From the NCBI GenBank assembly GCA_963664405.1, contig OY761158.1:544001-608000 (forward strand): a stretch of DNA of 64,000 nucleotides, in the 5' to 3' direction. The notes below the pieces were generated by a model, which was not told where the DNA came from, did not search any database, and saw only the letters and a list, made by a program, of their open reading frames with translations. Numbering within the stretch: the first letter of the stretch is position 1; every line of letters begins with the position of its first letter. The stretch comes from Thermoanaerobaculia bacterium. Its GTDB lineage: Bacteria; Acidobacteriota; Thermoanaerobaculia; Multivoradales; Multivoraceae. The translations under genes and the position numbers were made by a program. This document shows positions 8,257 to 18,683 of the stretch, one piece after another.

Positions 8257-10373
8257 TACGAGTGCGCGATCGCGACGACGCTGGGAACCCGCTCTAACAC
8301 GAGCTTCGAAGCTCTCAGAGCGTTACCACTATCCAGCGGCTCGAAACTCTCATCGAGAATCGTAAGACCTTCGTTCTGAAGAAGCGTTCGCGCCAGAAAG
8401 ACCCGGTTTCGCTCACCATGAGAGAGCTGCCAACCGGTGTCACCCACCATCTGAAAAATCCCTGCAGGCATTCGCTCGATTAGCTCGCCAAGACCGAGCT
8501 CGCGACACACCTGTTCCGCCTCAGCAATGTCTGAAGGCAACGCCGGCCATCGGCGGCCCATCAAGAGATTGAAGGCGAGGCTCTCGCTGAGGATGTGGTT
8601 CTCGTGGAATTGAGGAGCCAAGACGACCTGGCGGCGCCAACGCTTCACGCCGGTACTGTGCTGATCGAGCCCCCCAAGCAATAGAAGGCCCGAGTCCGGG
8701 CGACGCAAGCCTGCCAGGAGCGCAGCCAGGGTGGACTTGCCTCCGCCCGAAGGCCCCTGCAACAAAATACGGTCTCCCTCTCTGACTTCCACGTCACAAG
8801 AGTGGAGTACCGCCTCTGGCCGACCCGGGTAGGAGAAGCTCAGATCTCGGGCCTCCAAGAGCTTCCCATCCGCCGGTCTGTCACCCACCACGACACCTGG
8901 CGCACTCGGTAGCTGGGGTCGCGCGGCGGCGGCGAAGATCTCTCGAACGCTCCGCCACGCCACGACGGCGCCGAAGAGCTGCGCCATGCCCGCTGCGATC
9001 GACAGCAAGGCCCTGTAGGTGAGCAACACTCCACCAAGACCTATGGCAACCCGTACTAGAGTGACCTCGCCCGCCACCATGCTGGGGGCGAGCCCAAGAA
9101 CGCCTATCACCAGCCAACCGCGAGGTACGAGCGCGCCGAGCGCGGCGGTAACCCGATCGAGACCCACCGAGTGGCGAAGGTAGGCCTCGAGCTCCTGATC
9201 CTCCTGATCATGCCAGTGCGCCCTTCCCTCCTGGGCGAGGCGAGTCCGATACCCAAGCATGTTCTCGACCAATTGATGAGTAAGCTCGAGACGCGCCGAA
9301 GTCCACTGCTCTCGACAGCGAAAGTAAAACCAGCCGAGGCCGGCGGTCACTCCCAGCCACAACAGGAGCAACAGAACATGGAGAGCGCCGCCCGCGCCCT
9401 CGGCCAAAACGAAGGACGCCATCAGCACTTCGATGCTGCCAAAGAACAGCAGGAATCCCCCGCCGAGCGCAAGCGACTCCAGCGCCTCCGACTCCAAGAC
9501 CTTGCCGAGCAGCTCACCAGCTCCCTGATGGCGAATCTCCTCGGGCTCGAGCCGCATCGCGCCAGCAAGCAGTCTCTGCTTGAGGGCTCCCCCCGCTCGA
9601 ACGGAGATCTCGCCCTGCAGCCAGGTACTCCACATCCGCAGCGGCACCAGACTAAAGAGAATGAGCACCCAAGCGGTCAGCCAGCCACGGTCGATATGCC
9701 CCTGTAAGGCAGCACGTCCCACGATCCACCAAGACAGCATGTACATGGCGTATTGGGCAGCATGGGCAACGCCAAGGGCCACAGAGCGCCCGACAACACC
9801 CATACGCGAGAGTCGGCGGCGAAACGAAGAGCCAGCTGGGGCGCGCAGCATCCATATACTGCCTAAACGCTGCGAGGCCAGACGCTGCCGCAAGATCTCT
9901 TTCCTTGCCCGCTCCTCGTCTTTCGCCGCCACCCCCGCACTGCGAAGGAACGCCCTGACTTCACCGTCGAGAGGATCCTCGAGGCGCGCGCAGATCCAGC
10001 CCGCCACAGTTTCCGCCGGCACTCGCTCGATCGCGAGGTCGGGGCTCAGCAACAAGGCTCTGCCACGGCGTGAGCCAAGCAGGGCCAGGAAGCGAAACTC
10101 CTGATCGACTCGCAGCCGCAGAACAGCCGGACCGCCTCGCCGAAGGAAGAGCTCGACCTCGGGGTAAGTTACTTGTGTAGCCTCGGCGTCGACACCGAGC
10201 CACTCACAAGCGGTCTCGGTCCACAACGCTACTTCCGCCGCGTCGTCAGGGTTGAAAGAAGCGGGAGGGTCCTCGACCTTCTGGCGCGAGAGCCCAGATC
10301 GAAAGGTCATCTCGCGAAGAAGCTCTCCGAGCCTTGCCGCCGGCCACGTCGCCTCCCAGGGGCCGACGATCAC
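8256..10373 (-). CDS. ABC exporter subunit 2 (TM + NBD, N-terminal C39-like domain without catalytic Cys)
   Basis: Walker A GPSGGGKST, LSHGERNR, LTILDES. The GTG start at 10373 overlaps (GTGA) the reconstructed stop of the upstream PCAT gene. Confidence 0.88.
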   Translation of the reverse strand: MIVGPWEATWPAARLGELLREMTFRSGLSRQKVEDPPASFNPDDAAEVALWTETACEWLGVDAEATQVTYPEVELFLRRGGPAVLRLRVDQEFRFLALLGSRRGRALLLSPDLAIERVPAETVAGWICARLEDPLDGEVRAFLRSAGVAAKDEERARKEILRQRLASQRLGSIWMLRAPAGSSFRRRLSRMGVVGRSVALGVAHAAQYAMYMLSWWIVGRAALQGHIDRGWLTAWVLILFSLVPLRMWSTWLQGEISVRAGGALKQRLLAGAMRLEPEEIRHQGAGELLGKVLESEALESLALGGGFLLFFGSIEVLMASFVLAEGAGGALHVLLLLLWLGVTAGLGWFYFRCREQWTSARLELTHQLVENMLGYRTRLAQEGRAHWHDQEDQELEAYLRHSVGLDRVTAALGALVPRGWLVIGVLGLAPSMVAGEVTLVRVAIGLGGVLLTYRALLSIAAGMAQLFGAVVAWRSVREIFAAAARPQLPSAPGVVVGDRPADGKLLEARDLSFSYPGRPEAVLHSCDVEVREGDRILLQGPSGGGKSTLAALLAGLRRPDSGLLLLGGLDQHSTGVKRWRRQVVLAPQFHENHILSESLAFNLLMGRRWPALPSDIAEAEQVCRELGLGELIERMPAGIFQMVGDTGWQLSHGERNRVFLARTLLQNEGLTILDESFEPLDSGNALRASKLVLERVPSVVAIAHS

Positions 10374-10433
10374 CCCCGGCCCTCCTCCCCCGCGATCTCG
10401 CGCAACCCACCTCGCTCCAACCAAAGCCGGCGC
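10370..10433 (-). pseudogene. detached native 3' end of the peptidase-containing ABC transporter
   Basis: Removing IS21 and one GGCGC copy restores ...SGARWR-RLWLERGGLREIAGEEGRG*, with TGA at 10370-10372. Confidence 0.8.
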
Positions 10434-10461
10434 TGTTACCGGCTACGAGAAAGCGCACTTA

Positions 10462-12466
10462 GGGTCGGCGCGGAAATAACTTCACATTATCGCCGGAGCG
10501 TGTGAGGCCGAGGCGCCACAGGGCGGTCGCTGCATTGGAGGTGGTGGTGAGCTGAGCCCAGGCTGTGGGGCAAGCTCTTCCTGCTCGGTTCGCGGTCTCG
10601 GCGAGAGGGTGTAGTTCCACTTTCCTAGGAAGTCGCTCCTGGCCACCGCGAGCTGCAGCATTTCCTTGTCCGATACCCTGACTCCTTTCTGGTATTGGCG
10701 TTGATCACGGCACGGCTCGACGCGCAGTCCGGTGGATGTCGTCGTGTTGCGGACGAGGTTGACGAGGATCTCGAAACTCTCGAGAGGAACTCCGGCCCAG
10801 TTCTTGCTGATCTCGCTGAACATCCTGTGCTCGATGGGATTCCATTTACTGGTGCCAGTTGGATAGTGGGCGACGGTGATGATGAGGCCGCACTTGTCTA
10901 CGAGCTTCTCCTGGAGGTACTTCTTCCAGGCTCGAAGCCGTGCGCCGTTGCTTGCGCCGCTGTCGGCAAGAATGAGGAGACGCTGAGACGCCGGATAGTG
11001 AGATCGACCGTATTTGAGCCACCAGGTCGCGATGCTGTTGACAGCGAACTCCGGCGTGTCCGACGACTGTCCGAGGACGAGAACGCCGAAGTTCCTCTGA
11101 AGATCGTAGATCCCATAGGGGGAGGCGATGGCGAGAGCTTCGGACCGGAAGTCGTGATCCTTGACCCGCTTGGCCTCGCGGCACCATGTCTGTCCCTGGT
11201 TCTTGAACCGACCGATCAGCTCCTTCTTCTTCGTATCGACGCTGATGATCGGGTCGCCAGCGCTTGTGAAATCCTCGCGCAGTCGCTTGATGGCCTTGAA
11301 CTGTGCATCACGATCTGGGGAGTTCCCCGAAGACAGACATTTCCTATTGCTCTTGAGGGAATAGTTCAGGTCTGCGAGCAATCGACGCACCACCGTAGCC
11401 GATACGATGATGTCAAGGCGTTCGGCAAGGCATTGGGCCACCTTTGCAGCGGTCTCGTGCGTCCATCTTTTTGATGACATGGGATCACCAGCTATATCGG
11501 CCTCGAGTATGGAATGGATTCCATCGACTATCTCGGGCGTTTTTTTTCCACTCGTTGGTTGCCACCGCCTGCTCTTCGAACTCTTCCGCGCTCCACGGAG
11601 CCGCCGAAGAGCTCGCGACGTCCTTTTGCGACTGTATGAGGGTCCAGGTCCAGAAGATCGGCGATCTTCCGGTCGCCGCCATGCCCGAGCTTGGTCGCTT
11701 CCAGGCCAGCGAAGAGCCGCCGCTGGCGTTCGTCTAGCAGGCTGAAGAATAAAACGATGGCAGCCCTGAGCTCCTCGGGGAGCACTTCTGGAACGAGGCT
11801 GGCAGCTACATCCTGGAGAGCCTGCCGTTCGTTGCGCATCAGCTTCTGCTGACGACGGCGCCCTGTTTCCGAGCACAAGTATACGAACCTCTTCCCAACT
11901 CTGGATCGTACGATTCTCTTGCGACGAACGAGGTGCAACATCGCGTGCTTGACCTCGACCTGCAGCAGGAGCTCGAGTTCAGAAGCCGTATAGCCGGCAG
12001 CGGACCGGTCCACGGCAGCCACCGCAGTTTCGAGGAGGCTGCCATGCCGACTGAACCTCGCCGAACCGCACGACCACAAACCCAGATCGTCGAAATCGGG
12101 AATCTCGTTCAAGGTATAGAACCGCCCTCGATCCGAGTAGCTGGCCAAATAGCCCAATCGAGACAGCGAACGGTAGACCGTCATGGTGGCTCGGGTTCCC
12201 ATGGCGTCCTTGAGCTCATCCATGGTGGCCATCTGTTCGCTCATCAAGAGCTCGCGCACTGTTGCATCACGATCTTCGGCTCGTACCATTTGGTATAGTT
12301 CCCCTTCCAAAAGAGGTGACAGGGAAAACTATACCAAATGCGGGCAGGGCTATGCTAGCTCTAAACCTTGCAAACAAGGCGCGTACCGGAGGATTATGCG
12401 GTGGCTGAAGAAGGGGGCAGTGGTATGGTCACCCCAGATACTGGAAACTTATTTCCGCGCCGACCC
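10462..12466 (-). mobile_element. ISAzo13-family element (2005 bp), 18-bp IR GGGTCGGCGCGGAAATAA, TSD TTA
   Basis: Perfect IRs; TTA at 10459-10461 and 12467-12469; lengths agree (3390+2005+3=5398). Confidence 0.93.
10482..12310 (-). CDS. ISAzo13-family transposase, two ORFs joined by a -1 frameshift at an A8 run
   Basis: ORF 11528..12310 (LDERQRRLFAG...RRAGGG) and downstream frame (ISVDTKKKELIG, ADSGASNG, SKWNPIEHRMF); T8 on the + strand at 11540-11547. Confidence 0.88.
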
Positions 12467-12807
12467 TTAGTTGGCTGCGAGTCGGTTTTTTGTCCCCGCG
12501 AGGCGTGACTCAGGGTGTGGCGCAGATAGTCGAGGTACCCCTCGGGGGGTGGCGTCGTGGGGAGTTCTCGGAGGATGGGGAGAAAGTAGGCGAGGGATCG
12601 GATGGGCTGGAGCTTTGGTAGGCGCGGATCTCGGCATGCGCGTCGGGCGGAGCCGAGGAGGAGGGCGGCCTGGAGGACGGTGAGAGGCAGGTCTTGGTCG
12701 AAGAGCTGGTCGACGATGACGCGGTCGCCGTGGTGGAAGCGGTGCGGGGTGTCGGGAAGGAGTCGATAGAGGCGGAGGAGCTGGCGCCGATAGTGGCTTC
12801 GGGTCAT
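12394..12807 (-). CDS. IS21 accessory ORF, C-terminus altered by the ISAzo13 insertion
   Basis: Identical to 52361..52717 up to ...SQPTK; ATGA overlap with istB. Confidence 0.55.
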   Translation of the reverse strand: MTRSHYRRQLLRLYRLLPDTPHRFHHGDRVIVDQLFDQDLPLTVLQAALLLGSARRACRDPRLPKLQPIRSLAYFLPILRELPTTPPPEGYLDYLRHTLSHASRGQKTDSQPTKGRRGNKFPVSGVTIPLPPSSATA

Positions 12808-13598
12808 GAGCGTCGTCGTGCTGCGCTCCGCCTTTTGGCGCGGTCCTTGGCCTTTTTTTCAGCAGCCTCCTTGGCCTCCTTGCGGCGATAGGAGTTAGCC
12901 TCGATCTTGACGATCTCGGCGTGGTGGGTGAGTCGATCGACGAGAGTGACGACGCAGGAGGCGTTGGGAAAGACCTCGGCCCATTCGGCGAAGGGCTTGT
13001 TGGTGGTGAGAAGAATGGGCTTGTTGCCGTATCTCCTGGAGACGACCTCGAAGAGGAGATCCGCGTGGCGGTGGTCGTAGGAGAGATAGCCGAGCTCATC
13101 GATTGCCAAAAGCGAGGGTCGGGTGTATTTGGAGAGCCTTCTCTGGAGCGCCGAGGGGGTTTCCTGGACGGCGAGATCGTTGAGCATGTCGGAGGCGGTG
13201 ACGAAGCTGGCGGTGGCCCCTCGTTGCAGCGCCTGGTAGAGGAGGTTCTTGGCAATCATGGTCTTGCCGACACCGTTGGGTCCGAGGAGGATGACGTTGG
13301 TGATGTCGTCGAGGAATTGGAGGGTGAGCAGATCCTGGATCTGCTCGCGGTCGATGCGCTGGGGCCAGGAGAAGTCGAAGTCGGCGATGCTCTTGAAGAG
13401 CCCGACGCGGCTGGTGCGGATGCGCCGTTCGAGGCTGCGCCGTTTGCGCTCGGCCTCTTCTTTGCGCAGCAGCTGTTCGAGCCAGGGCTGTTCTCGGTAG
13501 GTGCCCCAGTCGTCGACGAGGGCGTAGAAGCCGAGGGATCGGGCGAGCTCTCGTAGTGGTTCGTCAGGGATCGTTGGACTCTTCCTGGGTCGGGCCAT
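12804..13598 (-). CDS. istB: IS21 helper ATPase IstB
   Basis: FDFS, GPNGVGKT, LLAIDELGY, LTTN, DRLTHH, SYR. Confidence 0.95.
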   Translation of the reverse strand: MARPRKSPTIPDEPLRELARSLGFYALVDDWGTYREQPWLEQLLRKEEAERKRRSLERRIRTSRVGLFKSIADFDFSWPQRIDREQIQDLLTLQFLDDITNVILLGPNGVGKTMIAKNLLYQALQRGATASFVTASDMLNDLAVQETPSALQRRLSKYTRPSLLAIDELGYLSYDHRHADLLFEVVSRRYGNKPILLTTNKPFAEWAEVFPNASCVVTLVDRLTHHAEIVKIEANSYRRKEAKEAAEKKAKDRAKRRSAARRRS

Positions 13599-15072
13599 CG
13601 TCGTTGCCTCCAAGTTGGTCGTAGTCCTCGAGGTTGTGCGGTCTCACGGAGAGATCTCGCTGTTGGAGCTCCTGGCTGAGCGGCACCGGTAAAGCCGGGG
13701 GCTGACCGAGGCCGCGCTGGTGCCGTTCGAGTAGGAGCCGGACGGACTGGAATCGCGGTGCGTGGTTCAGGAGCGCTTCGCGCACGGCTTTGTCGAGTCG
13801 CTGGGGGCCGTACTGGCGCAGGAGTCGGAGCAGGCCGGCGGTCTGCGTTCCGAGGTTCTCGCCTCGCTCGGCGAGCTGCTGCATCAGCTCTTCGCATCGA
13901 GGCACAGCGGAAAACAGCCGATGGAAGCCCCGGTGTCGTCGGGCCCTGCGTTTGTGAGCGAGGAGCTCCTCGAGGTGTTGAGGATCGAGGATCTGCTCGC
14001 CCCGGGAGTACGAGCGAGGGTGCTCGGCGAGGAGCTCCTGGCCATCGAGGATCCGCACCCGATGCTCGCTGGCGAGGAGCGTGACGGTCCTCTGCACATG
14101 ACTGTGCGGCACCGAGTAGTCGTTGAGGTCGAAGCGCACGATCGGCGTCTTTCTGACCTTGATCTCCAGTCGCAGGTCGGTTTCGAAGTCGTCTCCGGGA
14201 AGCTCAAGCAGTCGAGGTCGTTCCTGGGCCAGGGCGCTTTTCACGGTTCGCTGTCGGTCCTGCGGCCAGGGTCTGCGCTGCGACCTCTGGCACCATTCCA
14301 GGACCTGCCGATTCAGACGATCCAAATCGCTCACCGTTCGGGCGCCGAAGAACGAGCTTCGCAGGAAGCGGATTGCGCGCTCGACGCGGCCTTTCTCATT
14401 TCCCCGAGCCACCGCGGCGACGGTGGGAAGGAAGCCGTAGTGGCTGGCGAAATCGAGCAGCACGGGATGGAAGCGCACCGCGGTTCCCTGCCGCTCGATC
14501 ACCGCGGTTCGCAGGTTGTCGTACAGAACGGTCCTGACGACGCCGTCGACGTAGTGGAAGGCCAGCTGGTGAGCGTGCAAGAAGGTTTCGAGACGAGTGT
14601 CGAGGGTGAAGTGCACGAAGACCGTGCGCGAGAACGACAGCACGAAGACGAAGGCATAGAGCCGACGATGTGCCCGGCCGACGCGGAGCCGACCGAAGTG
14701 GCCCCAGTCGACCTGCGCCTGCTCTCCTGGCAGCATGCGCAGCGAGAGAAACGCCTCGCGCTGGGGCTTCGGTCGCATCGAGGCCACCAGGTGGCGAAAC
14801 TGATCCGGGCCTCCTGGATAGCCGCGCTCCACCACCATGGTGTAGAGACGGCTCGCCGGCAGTCGTGGGTAGGTCCCGAGCACCTGCTCGATGAACGGCA
14901 GGTAAGGATCGATCATCCTCCCTCGTCGCTGCTGGGGTAGCACGCCGGACTTCTCCAGCGCCCGGCGCACGGTTGAGGGGTGCAGCTGTAGCTGTCGAGC
15001 GATCGTGCCGACTTTCCACTTCTCGACCAGGAACAGACGACGGATCTCCCCGCGCAGCTGTGCGTCGATCAC
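13564..15072 (-). CDS. istA: IS21 transposase IstA
   Basis: PGEQAQVDWG, LYDN, KGRVER, YSVP; probable GTG start at 15072. Confidence 0.95.
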   Translation of the reverse strand: MIDAQLRGEIRRLFLVEKWKVGTIARQLQLHPSTVRRALEKSGVLPQQRRGRMIDPYLPFIEQVLGTYPRLPASRLYTMVVERGYPGGPDQFRHLVASMRPKPQREAFLSLRMLPGEQAQVDWGHFGRLRVGRAHRRLYAFVFVLSFSRTVFVHFTLDTRLETFLHAHQLAFHYVDGVVRTVLYDNLRTAVIERQGTAVRFHPVLLDFASHYGFLPTVAAVARGNEKGRVERAIRFLRSSFFGARTVSDLDRLNRQVLEWCQRSQRRPWPQDRQRTVKSALAQERPRLLELPGDDFETDLRLEIKVRKTPIVRFDLNDYSVPHSHVQRTVTLLASEHRVRILDGQELLAEHPRSYSRGEQILDPQHLEELLAHKRRARRHRGFHRLFSAVPRCEELMQQLAERGENLGTQTAGLLRLLRQYGPQRLDKAVREALLNHAPRFQSVRLLLERHQRGLGQPPALPVPLSQELQQRDLSVRPHNLEDYDQLGGNDDGPTQEESNDP

Positions 15073-15076
15073 GCCC

Positions 15077-15472
15077 CTATCTCCGTCGGCAACGACGAAA
15101 GCTCGTTCGCACAAACTCTCGGCAGGCCTCTCCACACTGCATGCATCGCGGATTCCTCGGGTCGTAGCGCACTTCGCGCCTCGGAGTCTCGATCCGACAC
15201 AGTGTCCTCCCCGAAGTACCGCCTGGGGTACCCTGATGCGTCACTTTCTCTGCCCGCTCGCGCTGGCGCCGACGGTAGCGGGCCTGACGGGCGGCATGAC
15301 AATGCCGACCTCGGAGGCTTCGCTGGTACCGATGGCCGGCCGCCCGAGTCGATTCCCGACGAGCCACCAGAGCACAAGCCCGGCAGTAACGCTGGCCACG
15401 GTCACAGTGCGAGCACAGCGAGATACGCCGACGGCATCGAGCACAGTCGAAGAGTCGGTAGTCCGGTCGCAT
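15077..15472 (-). CDS. Cys/Arg-rich accessory ORF upstream of istA
   Basis: CARC...CSHCDRGQRYCRAC...CMQC; GGGAGG RBS; present in both IS copies. Confidence 0.6.
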   Translation of the reverse strand: MRPDYRLFDCARCRRRISLCSHCDRGQRYCRACALVARRESTRAAGHRYQRSLRGRHCHAARQARYRRRQRERAEKVTHQGTPGGTSGRTLCRIETPRREVRYDPRNPRCMQCGEACREFVRTSFRRCRRR

Positions 15473-15769
15473 CGTCGCCTCCCATTCGACGACGACCCCG
15501 ACTCTCTGCCATACTGCAAGCGCAGCTAATGCTGCGGTTTGGGGCAGAGCCCGGGGCGTTTTCTACTTCGCTTTCCCGGGCTCTCGCCGTCTCTGGTCGG
15601 CCTGCTCTATCAGAGCAGAGCCCGCACTGCAAAGCCCTACACCGACTCACGCATCTCTTCCGACCGCAAACACGCCGCCGGGACCACGCACCCGGACCGC
15701 CGTTCCGGCGGGATGATGCCGCCCTTCCTGAAGAAGGCCTAGCTTTCCCGCGGTCGCGAAGCCCTCAGC

Positions 15770-18478
15770 TCACTCCATCCCGGAAACTGCGCTCGCAGCC
15801 AACGGGATGCGCTTTCTCGCAGCCATCAACAGGCGCCAACGAGCACCCGACCACATCTCATTCCGTGCCACCTCGTCCGCCGTGAGCAACGCGGCGTAAC
15901 GACTCTCCGGCTGTCGCGCCAACTCCTCCGGCTTCCCCTGCTCAACAACTCGGCCACTTTCCATCACCAGCACTTTGTCGAACGCCAGAGTCTGCCGCAT
16001 GTCATGGGTGACGTAGAGCAGCGTCGCACCACTCCACAGTGCCCTACAACGCTGCAAGAGAAGGTTTCGATCGTGTCGATCAACCCCTCGAAATGGCTCG
16101 TCAAGCACGACGAGGCGCGCCTCGGGCCTCATCATGCCGCGCCCCAGCCGCACCCGCTGGCCCTCTCCTCCCGACACCAACCCTCCGCCTTCGCCGAGGG
16201 TGGTCTGCATGCCGTCGGGCAAGCTCTCGAGGACCTCCTTCAGCAACGCCGCTTCGATGACTCCACCGAACCCCTCCCGACGCGCGCTGTAACGAAGGTT
16301 CTCTACCAAAGAGCGATTCCAGATCCTCACACCCGGATCGACCCACGCGGTATCGGCGCGAAGGCGCTCGAGCCTGGCAGGGCCGAGCGGAGCATCATCG
16401 ACGAGCAGCTCGCCGGTGGCCGGCCGATACCAGCCGAGAAGAAGCCCCACCAGAGTCGATTTCCCAGAGCCCGACGGCCCGACAATCGCCACGTGCTCGC
16501 CCGCTTGCACCTCGGTCTGAACGTCACGCAAGATCGGGTGCCCGCCGACCACGACGCCAAGCTCACGCATCCCGATCGTAATCCCTCCACCGAGGCGGCC
16601 CTCCACAACATCCTCGGCGCCCGCATCCTCCTCAGGAGTCGACGCACCCAAGGGCTCGAGCAACCTCAGAGCGACATTGCGCTGCCACGGGTACCGACTC
16701 CACAAGGCGGCGATCTCCTGAGCCAGGGCCGGCAAGCTCAAGGCCCAATAGACGAGTAAGAGTACGGTGCCTGCCGATGCGGAACGCTGCAAATGGGACA
16801 GAACAAGAACGACCACCAGTCCAAAACCGACAAACTGCTGAAGTCCCTGGAGTGAGGCGATCAGGCGCTGCAGCCGAAAACCGGCTCGAGACCACTCACT
16901 GACCAGGATCTCGTGCTCTCTTTGCACCACACTCTCCGCCGAGTGAGCGCGGACCGCGACAAGGCCAAGCAGGCCGTCCAGGTAGAAGCGCGTCAGCGCG
17001 CCGGCGTGACTGCGCAAACGAAGATCGCGCTCAACCAGAGAGCGGTGCGCTAGGAGTGGAATTGCCAACGCTGCTACCGCGGCTCCGATCGCCCATGGCG
17101 CGCTGCGTGGGTCGAGCCAGATGATCCCGGCGGTCACCAGCACCAGCTCGAAGCTGGCCCTCAGGAGCTGGCCGACCAGAGGCGTCACATTACGCAGCTG
17201 ATGAATGGCGTGGCTGCGCTCAGCCATGTCCGAGCTCAAGCGGCTCGAAAAGTAACGCTCGCCCAAGGCGGGCAACTTGCGTAAGAAAGCGATCCGCAGG
17301 CGCAGCTCGAGGCGACGACCCAGACGCAATAGACCCTGCGCAACCGGAAAATCCAGTAGCAGCAGAAGGAAGGCCAGAGAGCCGACCGCCAACACAGCGC
17401 CAAGGCGCTGCACCGAAAGTTCCAGCTGAAGCCCGAGATCAAGTACCGACCGCAGTAGCAAAGCTTCGAGCAATACCCCGCCCGCCGCCACCGCGGTCGC
17501 GCCGATCAGCACCGAAGGCGCCAGCAAACCGTCCTCGCGTAGAAGCTCCAAGAGCTTCCGTCCCGGACTCGCTCCGGTCTCACGGAGGGTGGCTAAGACA
17601 CTCTCTGGGGCGACACCCGCGGCCTCGCCCCGCGACTCTCCCGCATTTGCGCCCGCCCCCTTCTCGCCGTCTCGACGTCCTTTGATCCTGACCAGTAGCG
17701 ATCCGACAAGAGCAAGATCGCCGCTCTGACCGTCAGCCCCAGCCTTCGCGGTCGCGGGCCTCACCGACCAATAGGTTTCCGGAACCTCCTCGGCACGCGC
17801 GCCTTCGAGAGCCGCCAGAGCCTGGCTACCTGCGTCGAGTCCCCCGGCCCTCACCAGTGCATCAACCATACGAGTGGACGCATCAAGCAGTGCGATCGAC
17901 TTCCAGCTCTCATCTTCGAAAGCATGATCCACGATCTGCGCCCCGCCGCCCTTGGCCACCCCGACCCGATCCAGACGCCGCGTAAGCGCCCCTACGAACT
18001 CATCCGACTCGGTCCACTGTCGCCAACCCTCGCTCGGAACCACGAACTCATGGGCGTAGACCTCTTCGAGAAAGTCTCTCGCATGCACCCAGCGGCGGCC
18101 GATGGACGGGTCCATGACCTGAAGGTACGAGCCATGGCGCCGCCATGCCACAACGAAGTGAGTAGACCCGTTGGGTAGGCTGGTCACAACGATGGCAGGC
18201 AGCGCGCGGGCCTCGGGAATCAACAGGTGATCGCGGGGCACCATCACCTGCTCGGCATCGAGCCCGAGACTGCAGGCCAATTCTTCGAGAGTGTCGATCG
18301 AAGTGCCGTCGACATCGGTCTGGCAGGCCTCGCGGAGGCGGCCATAGCTAGCGTCAATGCCGTAGCCCCCCAGAATTGCCTTGAGCACCGCAGGACCGCA
18401 GTCCATGGCGGAGCTCTGGATTACTTCGGGGACAACAAGCTTCCGGCTTTGAGACTTTGGCAGTCGGGCTACCATCAA
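15770..18478 (-). CDS. peptidase-containing ABC transporter (C39 + TM + NBD); last 20 aa derive from the IS21 end
   Basis: QSSAMDCGPA (Cys), HFVV (His), MDP (Asp); GPSGSGKST, VSGGEGQR, LVVLDEP. Confidence 0.93.
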   Translation of the reverse strand: MMVARLPKSQSRKLVVPEVIQSSAMDCGPAVLKAILGGYGIDASYGRLREACQTDVDGTSIDTLEELACSLGLDAEQVMVPRDHLLIPEARALPAIVVTSLPNGSTHFVVAWRRHGSYLQVMDPSIGRRWVHARDFLEEVYAHEFVVPSEGWRQWTESDEFVGALTRRLDRVGVAKGGGAQIVDHAFEDESWKSIALLDASTRMVDALVRAGGLDAGSQALAALEGARAEEVPETYWSVRPATAKAGADGQSGDLALVGSLLVRIKGRRDGEKGAGANAGESRGEAAGVAPESVLATLRETGASPGRKLLELLREDGLLAPSVLIGATAVAAGGVLLEALLLRSVLDLGLQLELSVQRLGAVLAVGSLAFLLLLLDFPVAQGLLRLGRRLELRLRIAFLRKLPALGERYFSSRLSSDMAERSHAIHQLRNVTPLVGQLLRASFELVLVTAGIIWLDPRSAPWAIGAAVAALAIPLLAHRSLVERDLRLRSHAGALTRFYLDGLLGLVAVRAHSAESVVQREHEILVSEWSRAGFRLQRLIASLQGLQQFVGFGLVVVLVLSHLQRSASAGTVLLLVYWALSLPALAQEIAALWSRYPWQRNVALRLLEPLGASTPEEDAGAEDVVEGRLGGGITIGMRELGVVVGGHPILRDVQTEVQAGEHVAIVGPSGSGKSTLVGLLLGWYRPATGELLVDDAPLGPARLERLRADTAWVDPGVRIWNRSLVENLRYSARREGFGGVIEAALLKEVLESLPDGMQTTLGEGGGLVSGGEGQRVRLGRGMMRPEARLVVLDEPFRGVDRHDRNLLLQRCRALWSGATLLYVTHDMRQTLAFDKVLVMESGRVVEQGKPEELARQPESRYAALLTADEVARNEMWSGARWRLLMAARKRIPLAASAVSGME

Positions 18479-18683
18479 AAACCTCCCCTGAGCGGGAGAC
18501 CCGCTTCCTCGGTCGCTTCCCAGGCACTCTAGAGGGGACTGCGGTGACTGTCAAACCCCGATGAAGAAAGAGATTTTCTGACTTCGAGCCAGGTGGAATC
18601 TTGGACAGCTCCGACGGCGCTGGGCTAAGATCGCCTCCGAGCTTCTTGACTACCCTTATACTGGCGTCAAGATCTAGTTAGCT

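Larger units (their letters stand above)
10434..15831 (-). mobile_element. IS21-family element copy 1 (3390 bp plus the nested element), TSD GGCGC
   Basis: Ends TGTTGATGGCTGCGAGAAAGCGCA and TGTTACCGGCTACGAGAAAGCGCA; GGCGC at 10429-10433 and 15832-15836; istA/istB present. Confidence 0.95.
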
